Positions 35,247 through 48,422 are shown, counted from the stretch's first letter. The stretch is 64,000 bases of DNA from Blepharisma stoltei ATCC 30299 (GCA_965603825.1 CBFDEM010000058.1:310001-374000); one strand, 5' to 3'. Made by a program: numbers and translations. The notes: a model not told the origin generated them from the sequence alone.

Positions 35247-35666
35247 ATGTCAATTGTGAAATGGAGCGTTAAATCAACAAGAGATGTTAGTTACTTGTTG
35301 TCGCCTATCATTGACTTTAGCGGCCCTCCGCGGAGAAGGGGCAGCTCCTATTCAAAACCTAAAATGCAGACAAACTTGAGGAGGAGAAATTCAATGATAG
35401 ACGCGTCAAAATTGAAAAATTCCCAAAGTAAGAGAAATGAAAATTTGCCTGGGATTCAGTTTACCCCTAGGATTAAGAAGCATTTCGAATTATTTGAGCC
35501 GAGTATTTATGAAAGAGTAAATACAGATGGGAGAATCAAAGGATTTTCTCAGACTTTTGAGAAAACTCATGAAGCTGTGACCAAGTTCATTGATTATACT
35601 GACAAGCTGAAAGTGCAAAACTCAGCTAGGCTTGAAAGGTTTAGAAAAGAGCTTTTGGGGAAATAA
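35247..35666 (+). CDS. Hypothetical basic protein, 139 aa
   Basis: Clean ATG..TAA ORF filling the gap between genes. Confidence 0.7.
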   Translation: MSIVKWSVKSTRDVSYLLSPIIDFSGPPRRRGSSYSKPKMQTNLRRRNSMIDASKLKNSQSKRNENLPGIQFTPRIKKHFELFEPSIYERVNTDGRIKGFSQTFEKTHEAVTKFIDYTDKLKVQNSARLERFRKELLGK

Positions 35667-35695
35667 AGTGTTTAAATGCTTAATATATTAATAAA

Positions 35696-37265
35696 ATGGG
35701 ATGCTGCACATATTTCGTAATTATCTGTGCTTTAGTCTTTTTATTTACATACATTCATCCAGATCTCGAAAGATTCAGCTTTTATAGTCCAAAAGTAGTT
35801 CTTATCTCTCCGCATAAAGGTATTTTTTCTGCAAATGATCCACCTCTCTATAAAGCATTAATGCAAAAACTTATATCAGAGTCTGAAGAATCCTCTGCAA
35901 ACTCAGCAAATCCACTATATAGCGAAAGCTCATATGTGAGCTCAGTTTTTAATCAAAATAAAACACATTTGCACACAATTTTGATTAGAAATGACATTCG
36001 CACAAATATTATTTCAGATCCTTACAGGGGAGAAGCCGCTATTTATAACTGCACAGTAGAAAATCTGCTAACGCCAAAGGCAGAAATTGAGTGAAACTTC
36101 GTATGAAATTCATCCATCCCAGGCATCGTTAACTTTATAGGGTCATCTTATTCGAGAGATGATTTAACAATTACTTATAGAACAAGAGTTGATGAAGGAT
36201 TCTTATGGAGAATTCGATATTATTATGATAGACTCATAAACTCATATGAAGACTTCCAATTACCAGGAGGAGCCGATATCAATGCTATTTCAAATGAAGC
36301 TGATTTAATTGTGTATTCAAGAAGATCTGATATTAGAGTCTTCAGAACTCTTATCCGAACTACCCAAGAAGTTCCGGAAAACTCCACTGTTCTATATAGT
36401 GAAAATGGTGTTTCGTGATTTCAAATAGCTCCAAGAGAGTACCAAGATAGAAGCAATTATGATATTAGCGAAGTAGTTGGCCTTCATGTCACTTTATTTA
36501 AAGACAAGTATTATTTAGGGAGAAGCTGGGTCAAAAGTCAAAGCTCCTTTTCTGAAGCCTATTCAATGAATGAATTCTTATATTTAAATGCTAGTGATAA
36601 GGAATGGAACATTTTTGAGAATTTTTACAACAATGTAACCCTTAGTGATATCATGGACTTATCTTCAATTGATGAAATTTCTTCTATGACCAATTCAAAG
36701 ATTTCCAACCAAGGTGAGCTTTTATTTATTGGGCATATGGGAAGAATTCTGTCATATGTTCATTGGGTAATTTTAACATTAGGGGAGTGATGAGAAACCG
36801 CCTAACTTAGACTTTATCAGTACAGCTACTATGACAGACTTTAACAGATTAGAAGCCAACTGAAATGGAACTTATATTGCTCTAGTATATTTTATGTAGG
36901 TTGTTCCTGGATACCATGAAAAGCATAGGTTGAGGCTGATTAGAATGACATGGGATGATAGACAGCTCCTTAATGATGGCGCTGTAGATATCAGCCTTGA
37001 CTCCCTACCAGGCTACTTATTGAACAACGAAATCAGGTCACTAAAACTGATTGACCACAATGAGGAACTTTATGCTGTCATTTTTTACTCAGAAGGAACT
37101 GTGGTGGTGCTAGATCTTAATGAAATCATAGAGGAAAATGGCTTCAGCGAGTCAAATTTCAGCTACTTATGGCTTAACTCCATCACAAGCCTCATCTCTA
37201 TAGGCTGCATTAGCTGCTTATTCTTAAGTCGCGGCATTTGGCGCAGACGAGTAAGACAAAATTAA
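35696..37265 (+). CDS. Membrane protein (N-terminal signal/anchor, C-terminal TM), two introns, about 512 aa
   Basis: The frame continues through TGAs; introns 36767-36782 and 36885-36899 connect it to the TM and basic-tail ORF. Confidence 0.75.
36767..36782 (+). other. 16-nt intron
   Basis: GTAATTTTAACATTAG; restores frame. Confidence 0.75.
36885..36899 (+). other. 15-nt intron
   Basis: GTATATTTTATGTAG; removes an in-frame TAG. Confidence 0.8.
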
Positions 37266-37290
37266 ATATATTAATTGATTTGCTTATAAA

Positions 37291-38790
37291 ATGGGTTGCT
37301 TTTCTAGCTCTGGACGGCACAGTATTTCGAAAAATGACGCAAATAATACCCCATCTCAGATCATTCATACCAAGGAAGACATCAAAATTGATGCGTCCAT
37401 GTTTGTGGGCCACCGAAATGGCCAAGTTTTGGAGCATTATAAAATAGGATCAAAAATTGGTTCCGGGGCGTTTGGCTGTGTAAGAATTGGGACTCATATA
37501 ATTACTGGGCAAAAAAGAGCGATAAAAACAATACAGAAAGAAAGCATTAGTGCTGATTTGACAGAAAGAGAAAAATTCTTCTCAGAAGTGGATATTTTAA
37601 GGAAAACTGATCATCCAAACATCGTTAAACTGTATGAATTTTATGAGGATGAAAAATATTTTCACATAGTCACTGAGTTTTTGCAAGGGGGAGAGTTGTT
37701 TGATTATATTATCAAAAATAAAATGCTTTCTGAAAGAGCTGCAGCTGTCTTTATGAAACAAATTTTAAGTGCAGTTGCATATTGCCATTCGAATAATATT
37801 GTGCATAGGGATCTCAAGCCTGAAAATTTACTGCTAGAATGCGAAACTCCGCAGCCAAATCTGAAAGTCATTGATTTTGGAACATCTGCAATTTTTAACT
37901 CTTCTAAACATATGACGAAAAAATATGGAACTGCTTATTATATAGCTCCTGAAGTATTGAGGAAAGATTATGATGAAAAATGCGACATGTGGAGCTGTGG
38001 GGTGATCTTATATATTTTGCTTAGTGGGAAGCCGCCTTTTTATGGGAGAACTGATAGGGATATTTTGAGAATGGTAGAAAAAGGGGAGTACTCCATGAAA
38101 GGAACCATCTGAAGCACGATTTCTCAAGGTGCAAAACAACTCATAAGCAGAATGCTCGACTATAATCCCAAACACAGGATTTCTGCTACTGAAGCTTTAA
38201 TGGATGATTGACTTGCTCAGAATACAGCTCTTGACTCTCCAGTCCAAGCAATCCCTTTATCATCCTTAGATAACCTTAAATCGTTCAGGGCTGAGCAAAA
38301 TCTCCAGCGGGCAGTTTTAACTTTTATTGCTTCTCAATTATTGCATAATGAAGACTCTAAACAACTTTCTGAAGCATTTAGAAACTTAGATAAAAATGGC
38401 GACGGGAAAATCAGCCGAGAAGAATTATTAGAGGTTTATACAGGAATTATGGGACTAGAAGCTGCCAGTGAAGAAGTTGAAAAAATAATGCAGCAGGTAG
38501 ATGTAAATGATTCTGGGTACATTGATTATACAGAGTTTATTATGGCCACTGCACAAAGGGAAAAAATGATCAACCAAATGAACTTGGAAGCTGCCTTCAA
38601 GGTTTTTGATTCTGATGAGAGTGGCAAAATATGTGCACAAGAGCTCAAATCACTGCTGGGAGAAGGTGGAAGTGGTAATGAAACTATGTGGATAGATCTC
38701 ATTAGAGAAGTCGACATGAACGGAGATGGCGAAATCGATATTAATGAGTTCAAAGCAATGATGATGAGCCTTGTGGATAGTCATAAGTAA
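37291..38790 (+). CDS. Calcium-dependent protein kinase (CDPK), N-acylation motif MGC, 499 aa
   Basis: GSGAFG, AIK, HRDLKPEN, DFG, APE and four EF-hands. TGA falls at conserved Trp sites (GTI-W-STIS, DD-W-L). Confidence 0.95.
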
Positions 38791-38819
38791 TTTATTTTCA
38801 TATAATAATGAGGATTATA

Positions 38820-40994
38820 TTATCTATTATATCTGTCTAGCCCTTCATACCTTCCGGCTCTATAATCTGGATCGCTTCTTACTCTGTCAACAATTGCATT
38901 TCTCAGTGCTCTCACATAGTTTTGAGTCACTTCAGGGGGCACTTGATCACTTTGTGGCCTGACTCCACCAGAAGCCACAGCATCAGTCAAAGATCTGAAG
39001 AAAATTCCTTGGACATCTGGATCAGGTCCTATGCTCTCATAAATATCAGAGCTTAAATAGGATCTTGAAAAAGGTCTTTGCTGTGGACTTTGTCTAGCCA
39101 TGTCTTGAGATATGATAGTTTCCCACGAATTTAAAAGTGCAGCAGCAGGCGTTTGCTGGCCTTGATTTGCTTCAATTTGAGTCCTCCTCATTTGATTCCA
39201 CTGCTGATATCCCCGTAAGCAGGTAGCTAAGTATTGAGAAATAATTGGCCAAGTCATTCCAATCAAAGCACCTCCCATTCCTGGCATACTTGAATTCACT
39301 GAATTGGTCACAATATGCTGGAAAAGCTCATGAACTGTAGGAACCCCACCAATGAGTCCGTTGCTCATGCTGTTCATGTAATTTCCGATCATTAATGTAA
39401 AAATCTCTTTCATTTCTTTAGAAAACTCGTTACCTTGGTAATCAATAGTTAGATCAAGAGCTCTGGTTGTCCAATATCTAGCAATTTCAGAAATCTCAAG
39501 TTGAGGGTCAAAGCCTTGCTGGATTCTTGACTGAAATTGGGCTGGGACATTGTAAAAATTGCTTAAATAGTTCGTTATTTCTTCTATAAGGGCTCTTCTA
39601 TTTTCAGGGGTGTCCATCCCCATCCTCGTCAGCAAGCTTTCTCTCACTTGTGGCCTGATTCTGTCAATAGCAGCCCAATTCCCATTCGCTATTTGCATGA
39701 TTTCAGGAATTGTAAGCGAGTAGAAATAGTCCATCATTGGCAAGTTTTCGTCATCTTCCACAATATTCATAGAGTGACTCAGCTCTCTAAGTGTCATATT
39801 TTGCTGCCCACCCATCATCTGACTGAGCATAGGCATGACTTGTCCAAAAATATTCTGCATGTTTGCGTTTTGGGCTGGAATGGACCCTGCAATCATATTC
39901 ATGAAACCTTGAGCGTTTTGGGCTTGAGGCTGGTTATTCTGTATTGGAGGCTGATTATTCTGTATATGAACTTGAGGTTGGGGAGGGTTCGCAGCTTGAG
40001 GCTGCTGATTTTGAAGATCATTTTGGTTTCTGACTTGGTGCTCTGATATCACATTTGCATTATTTACTCTCATTTGAAACTGTCCTGGGTTTTGCCCAAT
40101 CTGTACTGTATTCAATAGCTCCAACACTGGCCCAGTTGCAAGCATAAATTCATTAAGAGCCATACCCACATTTCTTCCTAAATTCTGTAAATGTGCCCTT
40201 TCGCTAGGATCTGTTATCAGACTTTCTCTTTGCAAAAGATCAGCTAATCTTGAAATAAAGGGTAAAAGTCTTAACATCTGAAACTGATAATTGTAAAGAT
40301 AGCCTCCTAATAGTACCAATGGGTTTCTTTCAACATTTATCTGTGGCATACGTGGTGGGGGAAATCCTGATGCAGGTCCATGAAGGGAATTCACAATAGC
40401 TCCAATATTTTGAACATTTGGAAATGGTAGCAAGATTTCATGAGGGCCGTGGCTGTGAGGATGAGGACCATGAGAGTGTTGAGGGTTTTGGGGATGAGGC
40501 TGCTGAGGCTGCTGAGGATGAGGTTGTACATGCACATGGACTTGTTGGGGTATATTTTGATTAGGAATTGGGCCTGGGAACATGCCTCCTAAGTTGCCCA
40601 TAAGTTGGTTGATTTGGTTAAGGATATTTGGGTTTGGAGGAATATTCTGGAATTGAATTCCGGGGCCAATAATTCTGATATTCGGTTCTTGTGCAGGCTG
40701 AGGCTGAGGATTAGGAATGGGCTGCTGTGGGCCTTGATCTTCTGCTCTTGCCATCATATGAATTGTGCATCCATCTTCTTTGACATATTCACTTAGTGGG
40801 TGATCATCTTTTAGAAGCTTGCCATGGAATATCAATCTTTGACGATCTGGAGGCACTTGGAAAGTGCTTGCAATGATTCCTTTTAGTTGAAGAATTGGAA
40901 TCTAAATAGTAATTACTTTTGCAGGGACTTCTAAGGCTTTTACTTCACCTGATACGATTTTTACGTTCAGTCGGCGGATTTCAGAACTCTCCAT
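38820..40994 (-). CDS. BAG6: BAG6/Scythe-like protein with N-terminal ubiquitin-like domain, one intron
   Basis: UBL domain (RQRLIFHGKLLKD), Pro/Gln-rich middle, QRPFSRSY and C-terminal DRVRSDPDY..GRY. Intron at 40902-40916. Confidence 0.8.
40902..40916 (-). other. 15-nt intron
   Basis: GTAATTACTATTTAG on the minus strand; removes an in-frame TAG inside the UBL domain. Confidence 0.88.
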
Positions 40995-41119
40995 GATTGA
41001 TATTTTATTTAATTTTTCTATAAGACTAGTTATCAATAGAAAATGATTGAAAATAAGTTATAAAAGACTTGGATAATCTTTTATTCTGGAATTTTAGTTA
41101 ATGGGATTTCATTCATAAG

Positions 41120-41685
41120 CTATCCAACTTCATAAAGTTTAAAAGTTCAATAATTTTTGAAATGGTTTGGATTCTGAATTGTATTCGCTATGCTTCTAAT
41201 TAAAACTTCAAACGCTTTATCAACGTTATATTTTGTTTTGGCTGAGGTTTCTATATAGATAGATCCTCATTCGTCTGCAAGCCTTTTTGCGTCTTCATAA
41301 GTAACCATTCTTTCTAACTGAAGATCTGCTTTATTCCCAATTAGCAGGATTGTTCTTGTTTTGTCTTTCAGTAGCTTATCAATTTCATTTTTTCAGTAAG
41401 TAGCTGATGTATTAGATAAGTCCATTATAATTATGAATGCATTTGAGCCACTAATGCAAGAAGTGGTTAGTGTGTGAGATCTTAGCTCTCCTGCAGTTTC
41501 TCACAATTGAAAGGATATTTGTTTCCCAAGAAGTTGAGTTGATCTTGCATTTATACGAATTCCAATGTTATTTCAGTAATCTTCTGAAGTGCTTTGATTA
41601 AGATATGAAAACATTAAGCAAGATTTTCCAGAAAGTCCGTTCCTACTATTACAATATCCGCTTGATAATAGGCTTTTTTGCTCAT
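41120..41685 (-). pseudogene. Divergent Rab-like GTPase paralog with a 1-nt frameshift in the P-loop
   Basis: The ATG 41685 frame (MSKKAYYQADIVIVG) stops soon after. The GLSGKS, WETAGE, GNKAD and ETSAK motifs are in another frame. It closely resembles 41973-42515 and is absent from the ORF track. Confidence 0.7.
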
Positions 41686-41972
41686 TGTCTTGCTAAATTA
41701 ATTTTAATCATTAAATAAATATCAAAATTCGCAGGAAACTAATTGGTTTGTCAAGTCATAATAGATTAATATATAAATATATAAATATAATTATCGTTTC
41801 CTAAGTTTTAGAAGGTCTATAGGCTTAAGCTTAAAAGATTACATTTTTTAGACTAATTATCTGCAAGGCAGGGATTAAAGTTTTTATGAGCATAGTATAA
41901 TGTTCTTTCTTTAAATATTAATCAAGATTTTCTCGCTTTATAAGAATGTTTTTAAGTTCATAAACCTTTTCC

Positions 41973-42515
41973 TTAAGATATTTTATATAAGTTTGGATTT
42001 TGGATTGCATGCAATGCACTTCGAATTAAAATTTCAAATGCTTTATTAACATTATATTTTGTTTTGGCAGAAGTCTCTATATAAATTATTCCTCATTCAT
42101 CTGCAAGCCTTTTAGCTTCTTCATAAGTAATTGCTCTATGAAGATCTGTTTTATTTCCAATAAGTAAAACTGGTTTTTCATCTGAAAATTGCTTATTAAG
42201 CTCACCTTTTCAATATTTAGCATTGTCTAATGCCGATGGATTTGTCAAGTCCATTACGATTATAAGTCCACTTGCGCCTCGAAAATATGAATTTGTTATA
42301 ACGTGAAATCTTGGATGGCCTGCAGTATCCCATAATTGGAATTTTATAAGCTTTCCGAGAATGTCCATTGATCTAACTTTAAAATCAACTCCAATTGTAT
42401 TCACGTAGTATTCAGAAAAACCTTCGCCAGCATATGTAAGGACTAAAGAGGATTTTCCAGCACGATCAAATCCTACAATAACAAATTTCATCAAATAGTC
42501 TGCTGCTCTATCCAT
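41973..42515 (-). CDS. Divergent Rab-like GTPase without prenylation cysteines, 180 aa
   Basis: GFDRAGKS, TIGVDF, WDTAGH, GNKTD, ETSAK; TGA read-through to TAA at 41973-41975. Confidence 0.85.
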
Positions 42516-42722
42516 GATGCTATAGAATTTGCTTTTATATTAAATATAAGCCTAATCTGGACATTATTAAGAATTCTTAAAAATAACTATTCCTTGAAAA
42601 ACTTGACTATTTTAAAATGTCATTGCAAATCACATCAATGCGGAAAAGGTTGTAATTTTTGACCCCAATTGGGATACTTTCTTAAATAGATTAATATTTC
42701 ATGCAACCTTGACAGTTATTAA

Positions 42723-43040
42723 ATGGAGATCACAACACCTGCTGAATATAAAAAAGCTACCCAGGGAAAGAGTGTTAACAAATTCTGCGACATGCAGACT
42801 GAAATGGGAGCAGAAGCCCTTGATATAGTTACCTCCACAATTGAAAAATTTACGAAGTCAGAAGTCTTGGAAGTCGATAATGCTACCCGCTTCATCAAAG
42901 ATCAGATGGACAAGCAATTCGGTCCTTCTTGGCACTGTGTAGTAGGAGAAGGATACTCATTCGACATTACTGCTCAAAAACAAAATCTGCTTTATGTTTA
43001 CTATACTGGCTCTCTTGCAATTCTTTTATGAAAATCTTAG
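42723..43040 (+). CDS. Dynein light chain (LC8 family, DNAL4-like)
   Basis: IKDQMDKQFGPSWHCVVGEGYS; ends AILL(W=TGA)KS-TAG. Confidence 0.9.
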
Positions 43041-43236
43041 ATATTTTAATCATTATTTCAGCATAATTTGGCTTCAATAAATAAATCAGCATCAATTTTT
43101 CTTTGAAGTTGTATTGTTTTTATTCTAATCTGATGGATAAATACAGGTTACTGATCTTAAGACTAATTATATTTTTAGTATTTCTCTTAAAGAATCTGTG
43201 TCTTTAGCTTATTGGCTTAAATTAACTAAGAATTAC

Positions 43237-44643
43237 TTAGGCCCTGAATGAGCTTAATCTTCTCTGGTTCATGAGCTCAATGAATTCGGTAAAATCAATT
43301 TCTCCATCATGATTCGTATCAGCCTCTCTTATAATTTCATCCCAGAATGTCCCATCTAAGTCAACTCTTTCTTTTCCAAGGATTTCACTTAGTTCTCTAG
43401 CTGAAATTTTTCCACTTCCGTCAAGATCAAATGTTTTGAAAGCTGCATAAAGTCTCTCTTCCTGCATATATATGCTCTTATCAAGAGTAGCAGCCAAAAA
43501 CTCTGAATAGTCGATTGAGCCGCTTCTATCGACATCCATGCCTCTCATAAGCTCAGCAATGTTCGCATTAATTCCTTCAATTGATGCCATGCCTCTTTCG
43601 AGCTCTTCCAATGTAATAGTTCCATCTCCATTAGCATCAATCTTCACAAAGGACTCTCTTAGGTTTCTTAAGTCTGCATCAGAACACTGTGAAGCAATGC
43701 ACATGAGAACGGCCTTTTTAAGTCTGTGTCCGCCTACAAAGTCTCTTAGACTGTCCACACTAAGGTTCAAAGGTTGATCAGGCAAGACGTCATTTGAAGC
43801 AATCCAAGGGTGAGCTAAAGCTTGTTCGACTGTGTATCTTTGGTCCACGTTGAGGACTAATAGGTGCCTGATAAGATCTTTTGCCTGCTCTGTTACTCCA
43901 TTCCATTCAGCTCTATCAAAATTGAACCGCCCAAGACGGACTCTTTCCATAATCCCTGCATCAGTTCTGGCAAAGAAAGGAGGATACCCACATAAGAGTA
44001 TATATAAAATAACTCCGCAGCTCCATATGTCACAAGTCTTCCCATAGCCAGTGCCAGCCAAGATTTCAGGAGCAATATAAAACGGAGTCCCTGCGCGGGT
44101 ACGAAAAGCTTCTGAGCCAGTGGTGAATATTTTCGCCAACCCAAAGTCGCAAAGCTTCAGGTCAGCACCTTGGTGAGGATTTCCACCAAAAAGCAAGTTT
44201 TCTGGCTTAAGGTCACGATGGATGATGTTGTGAGAATGAAGATAACGAATCGAGCTGAGAAGCTGGTGGAACAAGTGGGCAGCCTCTCTCTCAGTCAGCT
44301 GTTTCTTTTCAATAATGTAGTTGAAAAGTTCGCCACCTGAGCAGCATTCCATGACAAGATAGATAAAGCGAGCGTCTTCGAAAACTTCGTAAAGCTTCAC
44401 AATGTTGGGGTGGTCTGAGTTCTTCATGATTGAAATTTCGGACTCAAGCCTTTCTGCGTCTCTGATTCGAGATTTTGGAATTTGTTTAATTGCTCTTACT
44501 TGGCCTGTGACCTTGTGGGTGCCAAGATAGACGTTCCCATAAGAGCCGTCCCCAAGCTTTTTTCCGAAATCATAGGAATCTTTGATATCACCATGAGAGG
44601 AAATGACAAAGAAGGATTTCTTGACGACCAAACCTCGATCCAT
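43237..44643 (-). CDS. Calcium-dependent protein kinase (CDPK), 468 aa
   Basis: Complete kinase motifs plus four EF-hands; relatively GC-rich codons. Confidence 0.96.
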   Translation of the reverse strand: MDRGLVVKKSFFVISSHGDIKDSYDFGKKLGDGSYGNVYLGTHKVTGQVRAIKQIPKSRIRDAERLESEISIMKNSDHPNIVKLYEVFEDARFIYLVMECCSGGELFNYIIEKKQLTEREAAHLFHQLLSSIRYLHSHNIIHRDLKPENLLFGGNPHQGADLKLCDFGLAKIFTTGSEAFRTRAGTPFYIAPEILAGTGYGKTCDIWSCGVILYILLCGYPPFFARTDAGIMERVRLGRFNFDRAEWNGVTEQAKDLIRHLLVLNVDQRYTVEQALAHPWIASNDVLPDQPLNLSVDSLRDFVGGHRLKKAVLMCIASQCSDADLRNLRESFVKIDANGDGTITLEELERGMASIEGINANIAELMRGMDVDRSGSIDYSEFLAATLDKSIYMQEERLYAAFKTFDLDGSGKISARELSEILGKERVDLDGTFWDEIIREADTNHDGEIDFTEFIELMNQRRLSSFRA

Positions 44644-45392
44644 TTAGAAATTAGAAACGCCATTAATTGAGCCGAATATTTCAGATGGATAATGAATTTT
44701 AATTGTTTTTTTATAAATCTCCAAAGAGCTGCAGTAAGATAAATTTCACGTTGACGACATATTAAAAAGGATTATAATCTGATTTTTTATTTTAATGAAT
44801 GATTTTAAGATAATAAAAATTGATAATTCTATCGCGCGAGTGCATAATTAAAGAGAAGGATGTGCTATTTTTGTGAGCGAATCATTATAGAAAAAAGAAT
44901 TTATTCAAATTTAAAAATGGTTAAGTAATCTTTATTAATTTGTTATTAATTTTTCTACGTCATCTTTATTGGAAAATATGTCTACTGTGAATATTTTCAA
45001 ATTGACCATAAGCTGCTTAAGTTTTGCAAGATAATAAAAAATTAACTTTTATAAAACATTTTGAATTCCGTTTTGCTATATAAATATATTTAATATAAAA
45101 TGGCTGAAATATTAATTTCAGAGTCCAAAGTGGAAACATTTAAATAATTTCCCCTGTTTTTAAAATTTCTCCGAATGATAAGTCTACCCATTTACTAAGC
45201 TACTATCATAATTTTTAACTTTATTTTTTATCATCTCCATATACATTTTTAAATTATTGCTCCATATTTTGCCGATCTTCCAAATCTGTTATTAACCCTA
45301 TAAGTTTCTTTCCACAATCAGCCTTAGTTTACTACACTAAAATTATTAAAAGCTTATTCTTTCAACCCAGTGCAAGCGTCACTAGAATTAAA

Positions 45393-46463
45393 ATGACAAG
45401 TAAAAATATGGAAGGATCCGAATCATTCGACGAAAGCAATGAATGGGTAATAGATATCCACCAAGAACGAGTTGATTTTGACTGGCTCAACTACAATCCT
45501 CACGTATTCCTCCCGCTCGACTACGAATATTTCTTTCGTACAGGAAAAATTAAAAAAATAAATATTGAACCCCAAGAACCTCCTTCAAATTGAAAACCAT
45601 GCTTCATAATTGGCTGTGGCCGTTCTGGTTCAACAGTTCTCTGCAAACTGCTTTCAGCTCACCCTGACCTCTGCTTTTTAAATGAGCCACGTGAACTGTG
45701 AATGCAGGCTTTCCCCAATTTTGACGTTTGGTCATCTAAGTCACGCGAGCGTGAAGGGAAGCTACGAATGTCACGAAACGACGCAGACCTGGCTGGAGCT
45801 CGAAGGCTCAACGAATTATTTTACACAATAACCAATTTGGTCAGCCGAAAGAAACTGATTGAAAAAACACCAGAAAATACATTTCGGCTAAAATGGCTCG
45901 ATCAGCTTTTCCCCGGTTGCAAATTTATTATGGTCAAAAGGAATCCGATAGGAACCGCTAGGAGTATCGCAAGGTTCCAGCCAGACACGTGGTTTGGATA
46001 TGGCGCGTATAAATGGGAGCAACTATCAACCTTGCTGGCACGTTATAAAGTAATACATAATTAGAAGAATTTGGCATTGCCTGAGGAATTTATAACACTT
46101 ACCGAAGACTCAGCATTTGCTAAAGGACTCGTTGAATGAGCCCTAAGTGTGCTCAGCGCAGAAGAATTCAAAATGTCCCTGCCAAAGGACGAAGTTAAGG
46201 AAAGATTCATGGAAATCCATTTAGAAAGGCTGATAAACAGGCCTCAGGAATCAATGAAAGAAGTTTTAGAATTTCTTGAATTAGGAGATTGTGAAGAAGT
46301 TTACAACATTTCGTCGCAAATCGTGCAAAAGCATCTGACGCCGACGTTTTCGATGCCTTGCTCACATGTACACCATTACGGCAGTGCAAATGAAGAACAC
46401 ATTCTGGCTTATGCCGGAGCTTCCTTGAGGAATTTGATATTTGAGCATTCTTTGCACAATTAA
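45393..46463 (+). CDS. PAPS-dependent sulfotransferase (Sulfotransfer_3-like), one intron
   Basis: 5'-PSB loop FIIGCGRSGST, NEP, EKTPEN, 3'-PB motif KFIMVKRNP....S, LERL...P.......EFL. Intron at 46050-46064. Confidence 0.85.
46050..46064 (+). other. 15-nt intron
   Basis: GTAATACATAATTAG; removes an in-frame TAG. Confidence 0.85.
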
Positions 46464-46933
46464 GATATAAATATTGTTTAATATAAACTAATGTAACACT
46501 AAAATTTTTAATCCGGCCTTATTTTAGCTTTTCTTTTCTGTATTTAAAAGGCGCAGATTGATTTTGATAGAATTTATTTTAAGGGTGAATTTCTTTTGTC
46601 TTAAACAGCGTATATTTTATGGATAAACGCAAAATTTTGCAATAGATTTTGGTGTTAAAACTGAACTTCAGTATATTCAATAGAAACCATTTCTTTCATT
46701 CCTTGAAACACCTACTTTTTAATAAACTAATGAACAGAAATAAGTAAAGAATTTAAGCTAAATAATGTGGATTATTCATCTCAATAACCTTCTATCTTTA
46801 TTGAATAACTGTTCATCTAAAATACTTTTCTCTAAAATCCCAATGCGGCAATAATCAACTATGTCTTAGAATTAAACAAACAAATGATGCTCTTTTGAAA
46901 ATTTTAATTATTAATTTTAGCATATCCAAGAAA

Positions 46934-47684
46934 ATGCATGGGCCAAAATATATTGAAACTGATCAAATTCTCAAATGGTCGAGGGAGCAGGCTCTACAAA
47001 TTCATCAAAAGCGCCTAAACGAAATCAAAAACGATGCAAATAAAATAAATTGTTCACCTGGGATTTCAAGAAAATCTGGTTCAAGACCTCAAAGGTTTCT
47101 AGAAGTAGAACGAACCCTTGACATCAAAAAGCACAACCAGTTATTATTAGAGCGATTAGTCGAAATATCTTCAAGCCGAAAAGTATCAATTTACATAGAA
47201 AAAAGAGGATCCAATGTCAATCACTCAACCAATTAAAAGCCTAAATAAGCTCAATAGGAAAAAAGAAGCTGAAAAAATCTCAAACGAAAATGAGAGAATT
47301 GCCCGCAGACTTGCAGAGCAAAAACCGAGGATGCCTTCTAAAAAGAAACTAGATGAAGAATATAACATGTATAAGAAATACAAAACCAGTATATCAAAGC
47401 TTCATCATTTGCAGACAAAGAAAAATTTAAATGAAAGAAGCATAGGAAGTTTGCCGCCAATAGATAGAGAAAAAACTGCAAAAACTGCGAGGGAGACTGA
47501 ATATGACAACAATGAAAAAGCACTGAGGTCTCAAACCCCTGATTTTGTAAAGAAAAAAAGCCACATTGATCAAAGGGCTAGCTCTAATTCACCATTTTCA
47601 AAGAATCTCTCTCCTAGCTACTACAAAAGAAAAAGTGATGAAAATACGGCATCTGAAAAATCGTTTGAAGAAAATATTAATTGA
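46934..47684 (+). CDS. CFAP97/Hemingway-like (KIAA1430 domain) ciliary protein, one intron
   Basis: HQKRL, ERTLDIKKHNQLLLERL, SLN..NRKKE..KI..ENERIARRL. Intron at 47183-47198. Confidence 0.75.
47183..47198 (+). other. 16-nt intron
   Basis: GTATCAATTTACATAG; restores frame. Confidence 0.85.
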
Positions 47685-47734
47685 TAAACTGTTTCAAAAA
47701 ATTAATACTTGGCTTATATAAAAATGAAAATGAT

Positions 47735-48328
47735 CTAAATCTTCATGGTCTTCAATAAGAAAGACTTTTCTTTCTTTAGCTTCGTTTTGGGAGGAGAGCA
47801 GGAAGTTTCTTTTAAATTTAAGCTACTGGCGCTTTGCTTCATTTTCGGTTTGTTCCGTGGTGTCATGACGTTTGTGACTTTAATTATTTTTTTGGGAGTT
47901 TTATTTAGCATTTCGTCCTTAAAATGCAGAAGTTTCATCAGCAATTCTTCATCATGACTTACAAGCATTTGGCTATGGGTCGGAGGCTTCTTTCTTCCAA
48001 ACAGGATTTTTCCTGTGCAAGTGTATTTGCTTCCATGGCTGCTTTTAGGTGATTTTTCACTTGAATGCTTAATAATATCAATAAAACTACCTGTACTCAT
48101 ATTAGGGGACATACATTCATTTCTTTTTAGCTCTGGCTCTACTGACCTTTCCCTAAGTTGAGTTTTTATGACTTCTCATTCCTCTATCACTTCATTAAGC
48201 TTATTACCCTCTCCTGTATTTGTAATTGTATAAGTCCTTTGACTCCTTCGTTTTTCTTTTAAGTCAGTTATGCATTTCGAGTCTTTTGTGTCTAGAACTA
48301 ATGTCTTAGTTCTATTATTTGCTCTCAT
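47735..48328 (-). CDS. Hypothetical basic protein, 197 aa
   Basis: ATG 48328 is in frame with ORF 47735-48112 via one TGA. Confidence 0.65.
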
Positions 48329-48422
48329 ATTAATAGATATTTACTAGTAAAAGATATTTAAATAAATTGAAATGAATTGTTCACATAATCCTAAAAGCCA
48401 TTTCATCCTAATTTAAATTAAT

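Noticed and set aside
41630-41650. Programmed ribosomal frameshift in the Rab paralog
   Set aside because: There is no Euplotes-type AAA-TAR site or slippery heptamer at the break; mutation or assembly error is simpler.
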